Shown here piece after piece: positions 37,399 through 47,605 of a stretch of 64,000 bases of DNA. A program made the translations under genes and the position numbers. Every line of letters starts with the position of its first letter. Position 1 is the first letter of the stretch. The notes beneath the pieces were generated by a model. It worked only from the letters and a program-made list of their open reading frames with translations, was not told the origin of the DNA and did not search any database. Origin of the DNA: a virus (Duplodnaviria > Caudoviricetes); IMG/VR virus record IMGVR_UViG_3300044667_000075, positions 1 to 64,000 of that record. One strand, given 5' to 3'.

Positions 37399-37685
37399 CA
37401 GTAACGCTCCCCGTAACGCTTCACCACGTCCTCGACCTCCTGCAACCTCAGCTTCTCCGGCAAGGTCATCATTTCGTCATCGCCGAACGCGTTGACATAG
37501 AGCGTGGCGACGGCCAGCAGGACGTCCAGGTCATACCGGGGAATCGTGACGGACTCCTTGTCTAGCCTCGCCTGGACGGCCGCGACGGTGAACGCGCTCA
37601 TCGATGTGTCCGCGTCGAAGGCGGCCTTGCGCAGCTGGCGGTGCAGGTCCGGCGGAAAGCCTATGGGCACGCGCTGAAGACTCAT
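37398..37685 (-). CDS. Ribbon-helix-helix regulator
   Basis: RVPIGFPPDLHRQLRKAA...SMSAF. Confidence 0.65.
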   Translation of the reverse strand: MSLQRVPIGFPPDLHRQLRKAAFDADTSMSAFTVAAVQARLDKESVTIPRYDLDVLLAVATLYVNAFGDDEMMTLPEKLRLQEVEDVVKRYGERY

Positions 37686-37795
37686 GATGCCATGATATCG
37701 CCAACTAGGCCGTCAGGCTTGGGACGACACGCCGCACCGCACTGCCCGAAGTGTCGCGAACGTTCCGATGCACATGCACGGGTTACCCTGACATC

Positions 37796-38581
37796 ATGAG
37801 CACCCCCGAGAAACTCCAGGTAGACACCATCACAGGCCACATCACAGGCCCCGCGAACATCAAATACAACTCGCCCTTCCCCTGCGTCAACGGATCATGG
37901 GGCTCCGGCGCCATGTCCGGGGTCCTGATGCACACGATGGTCGGGGACCTTCCCGGCACCGTCCAGGTCTTCAACGACCCGTCGTTCCAGGCCAGCGCCC
38001 ACTTCGGGATCTCCCAGGACGGCGAGATATGGCAGTTCGGACCGATCGGCAAAGGATGGATCGCCTGGCACGCCGTCAGCGCCAACCGCCAGTGGTACGG
38101 CATCGAGCACGCCGACGCCGGCAACCCCGACAACCCGCTCACCCCGCAGCAGATCGCGGCCAGCGCCCAGCTCGTCGAGCTCCTGTCCCGGTTCGCAGGG
38201 TTCCCCCTCCAGGTCACGGACTCCCCGTCAGGGCGCGGGTACGGGACGCACAACATGGGCGGCCAGGCGTGGGGAGGGCACACCTGCCCGGACCTGCCGC
38301 CGAACCACGTCCGGTCGGCGCAACGGGCCGGGATCATCGCCCTGGCCGGGCAGATCCGCAACCCCGCCCCCGCCCCGCATGGCCCCTACCGTCACGTTGC
38401 CGACGGCACCCTCTCTTTGGCCCAGATCGCCCGGCAGCGCAATACCACCGTGCAGCACCTCGTGGAAGTCACCGCGGGGGCGCTCAAGCCCGCCGACCTC
38501 GCCGCCATCGCCGCCGTCCTGGACGGGGCGATGAACACGCCGCTGCCGAAGGGCTTCGTCTTCTACACCACGAACCCCTAA
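37796..38581 (+). CDS. Endolysin, N-acetylmuramoyl-L-alanine amidase with LysM-like C-terminus
   Basis: LMHTM, ASAHFGI, AWHA, GIEH, GHTCP; TLSLAQIARQRNTTV. Confidence 0.88.
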   Translation: MSTPEKLQVDTITGHITGPANIKYNSPFPCVNGSWGSGAMSGVLMHTMVGDLPGTVQVFNDPSFQASAHFGISQDGEIWQFGPIGKGWIAWHAVSANRQWYGIEHADAGNPDNPLTPQQIAASAQLVELLSRFAGFPLQVTDSPSGRGYGTHNMGGQAWGGHTCPDLPPNHVRSAQRAGIIALAGQIRNPAPAPHGPYRHVADGTLSLAQIARQRNTTVQHLVEVTAGALKPADLAAIAAVLDGAMNTPLPKGFVFYTTNP

Positions 38582-39288
38582 CATCAGCACCGTGCGACTA
38601 CCGAGGCGCGAAGACCCCGCCCGTGAGGCAACCGCCGCCCGCAGGCTCGAGCGGACCGCGGCCATGCTCCGCCAGTACGCCCGCAACGGCCTGACCATGG
38701 TCGCGATCGAGGATGTCCTGCAGCTCCTCGGGACCGGCGAACCCGCAGCGCCCTCTCCCCCCCTCAAGGAACCGCCCCGCGACCCGCTCGACGACCCGCT
38801 CACCGGAGCCCGGTGGGCCGGCCCTCCTGGGAGCATGCCGCCGGGACCGCCGCACTGAACACGGGGGCATCCGGGAACAGGCCGCCGAGACGCCACGCCG
38901 CATAGAACAGATCCGCCGTGTCCAGTCCCGGCCGGGGCTCATCCCGCAGCGGCACGGCAGCGGTCACGGCTTCGCACAGCCCGCACATCAAGCCACCAGC
39001 CCAACGTCTCGCCGACAGGATCTCCGCGGCGGCTCCTCGACCTGCTCACCGCTCCCCGGCTGCGGCTCGTCCTCGCTGCCCGACACGATCGCGTTGTCAG
39101 GTTCGTCGTCACCCGCGAACAGGCGCATGATCACGGCGATGACAAGGCCAGCGAAAGGGATAGCCCAGGGGAGCCACGAAGACATGGTGAAACGCACGCG
39201 CCGATCTAGTGAGGCTTGAGGGAGACGGGGCCGAGTGGCCACAGGTCCAAGCCTACCGGCCTGGAGTGTCAAGCCTGCGGAGGCGCGC

Positions 39289-39837
39289 TCAGAGCGCCGT
39301 TTCCATCGCCCCGCGATCGGGCCAGAGCACGGACCAGAAACCTGTTGCGGGCGGTGTCCAGCCACGGGCGTACGGCCGGACAGGAATCCCCGCCTGCCAG
39401 GCGAGAGTCGCGCAATCCGCCCCGCCGTGGGAGCCGTGGGGCTGCCGTCCGCGGCATCTGAACTCGTCGCAGGCGGCGAGGAAGGCTAGGCACTCATCGG
39501 CGCCGGGGGCCACAAGCTTGTCCCTGTTCCGGTAGTGGCCTGCGGCGGGACAGAACTCCCGGCCGTTGCGGCGCTTGCGGCGGTGGCCCGGCTGGCATTC
39601 TTCCCGGCACGGGGCATCCCAGTCGGCCGGGTGGCGTTCGCTGCGGACGCTAGCACCCTGCCGGAGCTGGCGTCTCACCCAGGCGTGGGCCATGACGTCG
39701 GCGCCCTCCGGGCAGGCCCCCTCAATCACGGTCAGGACCGGGTGGGCGGCGAGGATGCCGTCTAGCACGCCGCAGAGGAACGAGTAGTCGCGCCAAGACC
39801 TCGAGCCGGTCACGAGCACACGCCAAGCATCACCCAT
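39289..39837 (-). CDS. SLOG family (DUF2493/YspA-like) protein
   Basis: RVLVTGSRSW...EGACPEGAD...HPADW...AGHYRN...SHGGADC. Confidence 0.8.
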   Translation of the reverse strand: MGDAWRVLVTGSRSWRDYSFLCGVLDGILAAHPVLTVIEGACPEGADVMAHAWVRRQLRQGASVRSERHPADWDAPCREECQPGHRRKRRNGREFCPAAGHYRNRDKLVAPGADECLAFLAACDEFRCRGRQPHGSHGGADCATLAWQAGIPVRPYARGWTPPATGFWSVLWPDRGAMETAL

Positions 39838-40827
39838 CAGTCGCCCTCCGTTCGCCGGAGAGGTCGCCCAGGGCTTCGATGAGTGCGTCAGCCATCGACT
39901 CGGCCGAGACCTTCCCCGCGACCGGGTGCAGCTCAAGGCGGGCCAAAGCCTCGATCAGTCCGTCACGGGTGAAGGCGTGCAACTCGGGATCGCCGGACGG
40001 GACCCGCCCCCCGGTTAGCCTGTCAATCGTCGCGACCAGTACCGCCACGAGGAAGGGCGGCGGGTCCACGCTGTTGTCCAGCCTCTTCCGCACTAGGGTC
40101 AGCGCGCAACGCTCGGCCGGGAGCAACCCGCTCGGCAGCGGTTCCCGGTCGCTCGGCACGTAGGCATCAGCCACTGGAACCCTCCTCGCCGAGCGGAGGC
40201 TGCGGGGGCGGCCAGCCGAGAAGGCCGGTCTGGATGATCTCAAGCGCCTCCGAAAGTTTCCTCTCGGCCTCGCCTGCGGCTGCGTCGGCCCTGCGTACGA
40301 TCTCCCACTGCTCATCGGTGACCGTGACCTCCAGATCCGGCAGGGGCGCGGCCCACTGCATCAGGCTGGCACGTGCCGCCAGGATGCCCAGACGGGCCCG
40401 GTCATACAGCCGTTCGGCGTCTTCAGCGGTCGTCATCTGCCGTTCCCTCCATGCCGCTTGTGATGTTCGCCGCGACGCCGAGCCTGTCCTGCAACTGCAT
40501 CGCCAGCGCCGCCGCCTGATCGAGAGCCTGCCACGTGGCAGTGACAGCGGCGTCCACCCGGCCCTCGTACGCGATACCAGCCATCGCCACCCTGCCCGCC
40601 GCGTTCTCCACGGCAAGCCACTGGGACACCTGGCCGAGCAGCTGGGGGAACCGGGACGCCGTGGTCGCTAGGCAGCGGACCAGCCGGTCAACCTCGGACG
40701 GGTACCGGAACGCCTCATGACTCATGGTGGCGTGGTTGAGCACCCGGGCAGCCTCGGCCAGGGCGTCGGCCACCTCCTGGACGTACTCGGGGGTACGAGG
40801 GGCGTCAGTGTCGAGGTTGACGTTCAT
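39830..40827 (-). CDS. Three coupled hypothetical genes (39830-40174, 40167-40436, 40423-40827)
   Basis: Overlapping ORFs with high GC3; last has AEAARVLNHAT motif. Confidence 0.5.
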
Positions 40828-41537
40828 GGGTTCGTTCCTATCGCGGTGTGGACGTGGGCGGCCAGCCCGGACCCTCGCCAGAGGAAGTACCCGAGCACGG
40901 CCAGCAGGAGCAGCAGCCCCGGCGTGACGAGCCACCGCTCAGCAGCATGCCCAGTAGTGAACCGTAGCGGCCGGGGAAGCGCATGGAAGTCCCGCAGGGT
41001 CACGGGCCAGAGCAACGGGATCCCGCAGTCGGTCATGGCGTCGCCGGCAAGGTGCGTCGCCGCGCCCAAGGCGGCGGCGAGCGGGACCAGGGCCAGCCCG
41101 TAGCCGGTCACCATCATGGCCGCAGCCGCGCCGATGCCGAGCACGGACTCGAACGTGGCCGGGCCGGGACGCAGAGCGTCCGCCGCAGCGGCTATGCCCG
41201 CGGCGAGGAACACGGCCAGGGCGATCCGACCGGGCCAGGTGCCCCGGAACGCGCAGGCAAGCCACGCCGCACCTGTGAACGCGGCGACACCAGCGAGTGA
41301 GTGGGTTCCGTGACGATGACCGCCGCTGACCGCGCGGACCACCCAGGCGAGAACGTAGGTCACGAAGCCGTACGACCGGGCCTCAGTCGAACCACAGGAG
41401 TCCAAATCGGGTGCCAGGGCGTAGGCGGCAGTCAGGCCAGCCAGCACCGCCAGTTGGCCCGCAGGCTCATGCATGACCAGGGAACCGGCAGCGAGTCCTG
41501 TGACGACGCCGCTAAGGCAATGCGATCTTCCTAGCAT
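40824..41537 (-). CDS. YdjM-like membrane metal-dependent hydrolase
   Basis: SH..SG, PDLD, HRHGTHSL, HLAGDAMT..GIPLLWP. Confidence 0.85.
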   Translation of the reverse strand: MLGRSHCLSGVVTGLAAGSLVMHEPAGQLAVLAGLTAAYALAPDLDSCGSTEARSYGFVTYVLAWVVRAVSGGHRHGTHSLAGVAAFTGAAWLACAFRGTWPGRIALAVFLAAGIAAAADALRPGPATFESVLGIGAAAAMMVTGYGLALVPLAAALGAATHLAGDAMTDCGIPLLWPVTLRDFHALPRPLRFTTGHAAERWLVTPGLLLLLAVLGYFLWRGSGLAAHVHTAIGTNP

Positions 41538-42106
41538 CAGGACTCACCGCCAGCAGCGGCGAGGGCCGGACGCTTGCAGCCCAGATCGCCATAGTGCAGG
41601 TTGAGCCAGCAGGCAAACCGGTAAATCCACGGCGTGCACATGATCAGGGTGAGGGCTGCCATCGGAAGCAGCGTGCTCAGCATAGGAACCAGAGCTACGC
41701 GGGCGATCACTAGAACATAGGCGGCGGCCACCGAATGCGCAGGCAGCGCCGTCCAGAGGGCGGCGGCCACTAGGCCCGGCAATGCGCCCGCGATGATCCA
41801 GGCCGCGCAGATGCTGATCACCTTCTCGGAGTCGGGCAGGCCCTCCGGCTCAGGTGGCCGGACTGCGCCCGCGACATTGAACCGTGGACTCTCGCCACGG
41901 ATCGCACGGGTCTCAGCGGCCCGCGCCGCTCGCTCGCTGTCATACCAAGTGACGGCCTGATGCTGGACCTGCGGGTACCACGGCGCGTTCAGTACGTGCT
42001 CGCGCCATCTGCGCCACGGGTCGTTACTGATCCCGACGTAGAGCAGATCTTCGTGGTCATCGTAGAAGCGGTACAGCGCGTATCTGGTCTCAGTGGCGCA
42101 GATCAT
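41537..42106 (-). CDS. GIY-YIG domain fused to TM segments
   Basis: ALYRFYD..LLYVGIS..R..EH...AETRAI..E.PRFN. Confidence 0.75.
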   Translation of the reverse strand: MICATETRYALYRFYDDHEDLLYVGISNDPWRRWREHVLNAPWYPQVQHQAVTWYDSERAARAAETRAIRGESPRFNVAGAVRPPEPEGLPDSEKVISICAAWIIAGALPGLVAAALWTALPAHSVAAAYVLVIARVALVPMLSTLLPMAALTLIMCTPWIYRFACWLNLHYGDLGCKRPALAAAGGES

Positions 42107-42975
42107 CGTGCCGGCTCCTGGCTATCGACGGCATCCGCCGGGGCAGGTTTCCGTAGCCGGGCGATCTGCCGCCCACGGCTGTCGGTGAGCCCCGCGCGGA
42201 TGCCAGCCTTCGAAGCGCTCAGGCCCTTGTCGAGATACCAGAGCACCTTAGCCTCGCTGTCAAGATCGGCCGGAGCGTCCTCATCGGGGGTATCTGCGGG
42301 GGCGGTAATGGTGCCCGGCTCCGGGGCGGTAGCGGACCCGGTAACGGGGTCCGGTTTCCGGCCGGTAGCGCGAGGGGATTTCCGGCCGGTAGCGGCACGC
42401 CGTTTCTGGGTGGTAGTGGCCTCCAGTTTCCGGGCCAGCGTTTCCGCCTTCGCTACCGCCTCATCCCGTTCCCCGCTCACGGCAGTGAGTCCGGAAACGG
42501 CCTCGGCGAGATCGGCCCTGAGCGCGTCCATCTCGGCTTGCACGGCGGTCCGCTCACCGGTCGCTGCGGCGGCTTCCCGGTCAAGCCGCCGCAGGTGTAT
42601 CAGGACCGCGATAAGCGCCAGCACGACCACCGGGAGATCCTTGACGAACACTGACAGCCATAGCGGAGGCTTGGCTGTCGCCGCGAGAATGGACGCCCCC
42701 TGGCCGACCAGGCTGAGGGTGAGCGTGGCGATTGCCGACCACATGGCACACCGCCGGGACCGGAGGCCGGGGGCGTCGAACCAGGCGAACAGGAAGTACC
42801 CGGCCGCAGCCTCCACGATGACGGTGAGAGTCCATCCGGTGCCGGTATGGCCGACTGCGAACCCCGACTTGTCACCGACCTGGGCCCACGCTCCCCACAC
42901 ATCAAACAGGGCGAAGGCTGCGATGACGAACAGCACCCATAGGTGATCTCTGCGCTTGGGTGTCATGGCGTTCAT
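42103..42975 (-). CDS. Spd-like (plasmid spread) membrane protein with C-terminal HTH
   Basis: 4 TM + coiled coil + repetitive linker + HTH, downstream of TraB-like gene. Confidence 0.65.
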   Translation of the reverse strand: MNAMTPKRRDHLWVLFVIAAFALFDVWGAWAQVGDKSGFAVGHTGTGWTLTVIVEAAAGYFLFAWFDAPGLRSRRCAMWSAIATLTLSLVGQGASILAATAKPPLWLSVFVKDLPVVVLALIAVLIHLRRLDREAAAATGERTAVQAEMDALRADLAEAVSGLTAVSGERDEAVAKAETLARKLEATTTQKRRAATGRKSPRATGRKPDPVTGSATAPEPGTITAPADTPDEDAPADLDSEAKVLWYLDKGLSASKAGIRAGLTDSRGRQIARLRKPAPADAVDSQEPAR

Positions 42976-43011
42976 GGTCGTCCTGTCTGGGTCGTCGGGC
43001 AGGTAGGCGTG

Positions 43012-43167
43012 CTAGATGCTGCTGGCGAACGTGCCGAGGGCGTTGGCGGCGTGGCTGGCCAGCGTGCCGAGGTTGTGGACCGCCCCGGCTGCGGCGTGGG
43101 GCTGCTCGATGACCCACCACAGGGCGAAGGCGATGGCGACCCACCAGCCGATCCGCTTGAGGTTCAC
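43012..43167 (-). CDS. Small membrane peptide
   Basis: MNLKRIGWWVAIAFALWWVIEQPHAAAGAV..., GGGAGG RBS. Confidence 0.65.
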   Translation of the reverse strand: MNLKRIGWWVAIAFALWWVIEQPHAAAGAVHNLGTLASHAANALGTFASSI

Positions 43168-43185
43168 GGCCGGTCCTCCCTTGCT

Positions 43186-43379
43186 TGTCAGACAGCTCGT
43201 GTCTTGTTTGTCATGGTTTGCGGGTGGCTGTCAGACAGCGACCCGAGCCGGTCGGCGTCCTGTTTGCACCGATTTGTCCGGGCCGTCTGACGGTGTATCC
43301 TCGCGCGCGCGCGCGTACGCGGGATCGCACGTAGGGCGGGTCATTCTCTGGACCGCGCCGTCTCTCCCGCTGTCAGACA
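43186..43379. repeat. TGTCAGACA repeats (3 copies + 1 variant)
   Basis: At 43186, 43229, 43371; CGTCTGACG at 43284. Confidence 0.65.
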
Positions 43380-43614
43380 CCGCCACACGGCCACGCCCCT
43401 GCGCGAGCCCGGCCGCCCGCTCGTCCAGCCGCTCAGCCGCGCCCGCGATCTGACGCGCCACCGCGTCCGTCACCGCATCCGACGGATGCGCCGCGCGCAG
43501 CCAGTCGTAAGCCGCGGACAGCCGCGCCGCGGGTGTCGCCGCGGCCTCGTACCGCGCCCGCATGTCCTCCATCCGGCGCTCGGCCCGTGCTCGCGCCCTG
43601 GCCGACCCACTCAT
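43231..43614 (-). CDS. Hypothetical protein coupled to TraB-like gene
   Basis: ATGA overlap; RLSAAYDWLRAA. Confidence 0.5.
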   Translation of the reverse strand: MSGSARARARAERRMEDMRARYEAAATPAARLSAAYDWLRAAHPSDAVTDAVARQIAGAAERLDERAAGLAQGRGRVAVSDSGRDGAVQRMTRPTCDPAYARAREDTPSDGPDKSVQTGRRPARVAV

Positions 43615-46055
43615 GCCGCCACCCGCTCGGTCACCGTGTAGATGCCTTCCAGGCGGTCGTTCTCAACCAGGCCCTCGATCGCAAGGGTGGTGGACAGCTC
43701 GCCGCGGATCCACGCCGGGGACTTGCCGGTCGCCGCGCACGCCCGCTCATAAATGTCCCGCGGCCGGAACTCCCGGCCAGGACCAAGCTCGGCGAGCAGG
43801 TGCCGCAGCGCGGCCAGCGCATCGTCCCGGCTGACCTGCGGCCTGGCCGGGCGGGAGAAGTCCAGGGCGTCCACGTCCGGGTCACCGGGCGGGATGGGCT
43901 TGCGGGGGTCGATGTCGTCATCCTCGCCGAGCCCGGCCATCAGGTCCGCGTCATCGATGTCCAGTTCGTCAAAGGTCACGGGAGGGTCCTCTCCGTCGTC
44001 TACGAGCTCGGCCACGAAAATCTCGTCCTCGTCTTTCATCCGCTCGGGGCCGCGGCGGGGGAGGTCCCGCACCTCGGCAAGCGGCTCGTCATCTTCGGGC
44101 TCCACGTCCACAGCCGGGGCAGCCTTGGGGGTGCTGCGGGCGGCCTTGCGCCGGTCGGCGGCGGCCATCTTCTCCAGCACCGCCGCGCCGGTCGTCCGGT
44201 TCGCGTACACCCCGTTCGCGTCGAGCCGGGACAGCATCTCCGCCCAGTCGGGGCAGTTCTCCGCGATCCACGCGTCCCGCGCGGGGGCATACTCGGCGAC
44301 CGTCTCGGAGCAGAATTCCCTGTCGACCTGGAACGAGCGGGGAGCCATCAACTGCCGCTGGAAGTCAATTCCAGCCGCTGACCGGTAGTGCATGCCAGGC
44401 TGGCGGTCCTGCCACATCGACGGGTCGGCGCCAGCGTGCAGCAGTTCGTCCGGCAGGACGAACACGTCGCCCATGTCTTTCACGCCGAACGACAGGGACT
44501 CACCGAACGCCGCGCGGACGTTCGGGTCGACAACCTGGTGCTGGGCCCGCTGGAACGACGCGCGGATCTTCACGCCCGCCGACCGTGCCGAGTTCAGCAC
44601 CTTGTCCAGGTCATCGAGCTCGTTGGCGATGATGCCGCCTTCCTCGATCGTGACCCGCAGGAACGGCAGCCCGCACCCCGGCTCCCAGTTGTCGTAGCCG
44701 TGCATGCCGAGGTAATTGGCCCGCTCGGGGATGACGTAGCGGGCAAGGAAGCGGACCATCGCCTTGGATTCAGCGACGTCGGGCGCGAACCAGTCCAGCG
44801 CGCCGGCGACGCAGCCGAGGGTCTGGAACTTCTTCACCGGGTCCGCGGCCCAGTCCACCACGTCGAGGCGGGTGGCCCCGTCAGCGATGACGATGCGGAC
44901 CACCGTGGACTTCCCGGATCCGGTCATGCCCTCCGAGATGATATGGCTCAGGTTCCGCTCGGGTATGCCGAGACGGCGCGACATGTCCTCGGTGACCGCG
45001 GTCTCCCACGACTCCTCGTACATCCGGTCCTCATAGATCCCGATCCGGACGGGGGCGTCCGCAATCGACTTCCCGACCGCTTGCGGGCCGGGCCAGTGCC
45101 GGACGGTCTCCAGAACGTTCTCCAGGACGAAATCCAGGAACACGCGGGAATGGTTCAGCGGGTCCGGGCGGATGATCACCGATGACGCCGGGAGGGCCAT
45201 CTGGGAAGCCATGTGCTCCCGGTAGTCGGTCAGGTGCTTGGGGATCTGCACGCCGCGGATCAGGTTGACCTGGGTGCGGATCCGCCATGGCTTCACGTCG
45301 AGGAGCTTGATCCGGGCGCCGTTCAGGTCGGTGACCTTCCGGGCGGTGAAGTCCCTGAAGTTCTTCAGGATCGCCTGCGCCGCCTGGTCGGCCCGCACTG
45401 CGGCGGCAGCGTCCACGTGGTCGGCGGACGGCCCGGCCGTGATCGCCTTCGGCGAGCCCGCGGCCTCGAGCGGTTCCGGTGCCGGCTCCCGCCACGGCGA
45501 CGCCAGCGCCGGGACGACCTTGCCGCCCTTCTCGGCGAGCATGCGGATGTGCGGGACGCGCCCGGCGAGGACCCGGATCACGTAGTCCACGTCGACCCGC
45601 TTGCCGCGCAGCTGCCGGTGCTGGCCGATGACGTCTTCCACGCCGTCGCTGTGCTGGGAGTACCGCAGGTTCCACGTCAGGGTCATGACCAGGCCGACGA
45701 TGAACCACAGGACCAGCAGCAGGCCATGGCCGGCGGTCCAGCCGAGCCCGGTCACCGCAGCGACCCAGCCGACCCCGAGCAGGGAATTCAGGGCGTGATG
45801 CACCCGGCCGAACCCGCGGGAATGGGTGAGCCGCCACGTCAGGTGCGCCAGCAGCAGCGACGAGCACGCCAGCAGCCACGCGACCAGCGTCCCGTACCCG
45901 GTGCCCTTCGCCAGCCCCGACGCCGCGGCGGCGGCGACCGGCTCCCCGATCAGCCACACGATCCACGGGGTCAGGCCGCGGGCGAACTTCGCCCACTGCT
46001 CCTCAGCCGCGCTGGACAGGTTGACGTTCAGCGCGGCGCTCCTGCGAGCGGCCAT
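43611..46055 (-). CDS. traB: FtsK/SpoIIIE-family conjugative DNA translocase (Streptomyces TraB-like)
   Basis: N-terminal TMs, GMTGSGKS, VTIEEG, ARSAGV, SFQRA, C-terminal winged helix. Confidence 0.82.
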   Translation of the reverse strand: MAARRSAALNVNLSSAAEEQWAKFARGLTPWIVWLIGEPVAAAAASGLAKGTGYGTLVAWLLACSSLLLAHLTWRLTHSRGFGRVHHALNSLLGVGWVAAVTGLGWTAGHGLLLVLWFIVGLVMTLTWNLRYSQHSDGVEDVIGQHRQLRGKRVDVDYVIRVLAGRVPHIRMLAEKGGKVVPALASPWREPAPEPLEAAGSPKAITAGPSADHVDAAAAVRADQAAQAILKNFRDFTARKVTDLNGARIKLLDVKPWRIRTQVNLIRGVQIPKHLTDYREHMASQMALPASSVIIRPDPLNHSRVFLDFVLENVLETVRHWPGPQAVGKSIADAPVRIGIYEDRMYEESWETAVTEDMSRRLGIPERNLSHIISEGMTGSGKSTVVRIVIADGATRLDVVDWAADPVKKFQTLGCVAGALDWFAPDVAESKAMVRFLARYVIPERANYLGMHGYDNWEPGCGLPFLRVTIEEGGIIANELDDLDKVLNSARSAGVKIRASFQRAQHQVVDPNVRAAFGESLSFGVKDMGDVFVLPDELLHAGADPSMWQDRQPGMHYRSAAGIDFQRQLMAPRSFQVDREFCSETVAEYAPARDAWIAENCPDWAEMLSRLDANGVYANRTTGAAVLEKMAAADRRKAARSTPKAAPAVDVEPEDDEPLAEVRDLPRRGPERMKDEDEIFVAELVDDGEDPPVTFDELDIDDADLMAGLGEDDDIDPRKPIPPGDPDVDALDFSRPARPQVSRDDALAALRHLLAELGPGREFRPRDIYERACAATGKSPAWIRGELSTTLAIEGLVENDRLEGIYTVTERVAA

Positions 46056-46061
46056 GACGGG

Positions 46062-46424
46062 TCAGTCCTTCCAGGAGAACGAGCGCTTGGCGTGGCCGCC
46101 GGCGGACTTGGCGCGGGACAGTTCCTCGGCGAACGCCTTAAGGAACAGCCGGTACACCATGACGCACCGTTTAGCGGCCATCAGGTCCAGGGACACGGCG
46201 TGCTTCAGGGGCCGGGTCACCTGCTTGGCGCGGCGGCGGGAACCCATGTCCAGGTGCCGCAGCGCCTCGGACACTTCGAACTCGGCGTACCCGGTGACCT
46301 CGGCGACCTGGATGTGCAGGACGCGGAGCAGCTCGGACAGGTAGCGGAGGTCGGCGGGGCTCGTGACGGTGAGCGACCCGATCTCCTTGGCGACCTGCCC
46401 GATGTCGGAGGGGATGTCAGGCAT
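46062..46424 (-). CDS. Transfer-associated protein upstream of TraB
   Basis: RAKQVTRPLKHA motif and position. Confidence 0.55.
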   Translation of the reverse strand: MPDIPSDIGQVAKEIGSLTVTSPADLRYLSELLRVLHIQVAEVTGYAEFEVSEALRHLDMGSRRRAKQVTRPLKHAVSLDLMAAKRCVMVYRLFLKAFAEELSRAKSAGGHAKRSFSWKD

Positions 46425-46713
46425 GGCAGGGCTCCTTTGCATAAGCGGGGATGGTCCCGGCCGCGGCACGGTCGGACATGTCAGAAACGAACCGGGCGGC
46501 AGCGGCTAGGAGGACCCCGGCGCCGCCCGCTGCGCACGCCGCGCAGGCTGCGAGGGTCACCGCCAGGCCAGCGGCGGCCTCGGCAGGTCCGGCGGCATAC
46601 CGGACGCGGGACCAGGCCACGGTGACGGCAAGGTTCAGGTCAGGGACCGACAGCCCGGCAGCAAGGCACGCCAGGACGGCCAGCAGCGTGACCACGACGG
46701 CGAGGGCGTCCAT
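46417..46713 (-). CDS. Membrane protein
   Basis: Hydrophobic Ala/Leu-rich. Confidence 0.5.
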   Translation of the reverse strand: MDALAVVVTLLAVLACLAAGLSVPDLNLAVTVAWSRVRYAAGPAEAAAGLAVTLAACAACAAGGAGVLLAAAARFVSDMSDRAAAGTIPAYAKEPCHA

Positions 46714-47366
46714 CAGGCACCATCCCTGAGGACGACCTCGGCCACCCGCACGCGCTTCGACGCCAGCATGACGCGGCGGTAAGCCCTCACGAGCGGCCCG
46801 GCGACGTTCCCCGACTCCCGGCCACGCCGCAGGTCCTCGTACGCGCCGTCAATGAGGACGGCCTCATGCGACAAGGCCGACGACAGGCCTGTGAGCATCC
46901 GCTGAAGCGCGGCAGCGATCCGGGCATGTGACTCCGCCGCCATTCCCGGGCCGTGACGGAACCCCGGGATAGCCTCCAGGGCCTCCGCCGCGGCGCGGGC
47001 GGCGGTCGCGGCGGCGGGTTCACGGCGGGACGCCTGACCGCGCGTGTCCCGCACCGTCTCCGCGAGGGCATGCTGCGCGGCGGTTACCTCGCCGGCTGCC
47101 GCGCCCGCGTCGTGGGACGCGTCGCACAGGACCGCGAACAGGTCACTTCCCGCGGTGCTGCGCATGTCCCGTACGGCGACCGCCGCGCATTCCAGGGCGT
47201 CCCGTACGCCCTGGGCGCAGCGTTCCAGGCCGAGGACGACCGGTTCGTGGCCGGCGAGGCTCAGCGCGCGGTTCCGCGCGGACGGCTGCGCCTTCCGGGC
47301 GAGATCCGCCAGGGCTTCCGCCGCAGCGTCGTACATGCCGGTCACGTTGACGGCCGTGCTGGTCAT
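46713..47366 (-). CDS. Ala-rich helical hypothetical protein
   Basis: MTSTAVNV with GAGGAG RBS. Confidence 0.55.
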   Translation of the reverse strand: MTSTAVNVTGMYDAAAEALADLARKAQPSARNRALSLAGHEPVVLGLERCAQGVRDALECAAVAVRDMRSTAGSDLFAVLCDASHDAGAAAGEVTAAQHALAETVRDTRGQASRREPAAATAARAAAEALEAIPGFRHGPGMAAESHARIAAALQRMLTGLSSALSHEAVLIDGAYEDLRRGRESGNVAGPLVRAYRRVMLASKRVRVAEVVLRDGA

Positions 47367-47605
47367 CGCGTGCTCCTCACGGTTGTCCGGGCGGGGATCC
47401 TCCATGCCGGCGCCTTCCGCCTGCGGGGCTTGCGGGCGTGGCGCAGCACCACGATCAGCGCCCGGTCTGTTGCCACTCCCGCCAGGAACAGCCCGGCCGC
47501 GTGGCCCGCCACGCGGGGCAGCAGCAAGTACGCCGCTATCCCCGCCAGGGCGATGATCGCCGCCTCGAGGACGAGGAACTGCCAGGGCAGGCGACGACGG
47601 GACAT
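47363..47605 (-). CDS. Small membrane protein
   Basis: MSRRRLPWQFL, 2 TM. Confidence 0.55.
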   Translation of the reverse strand: MSRRRLPWQFLVLEAAIIALAGIAAYLLLPRVAGHAAGLFLAGVATDRALIVVLRHARKPRRRKAPAWRIPARTTVRSTR

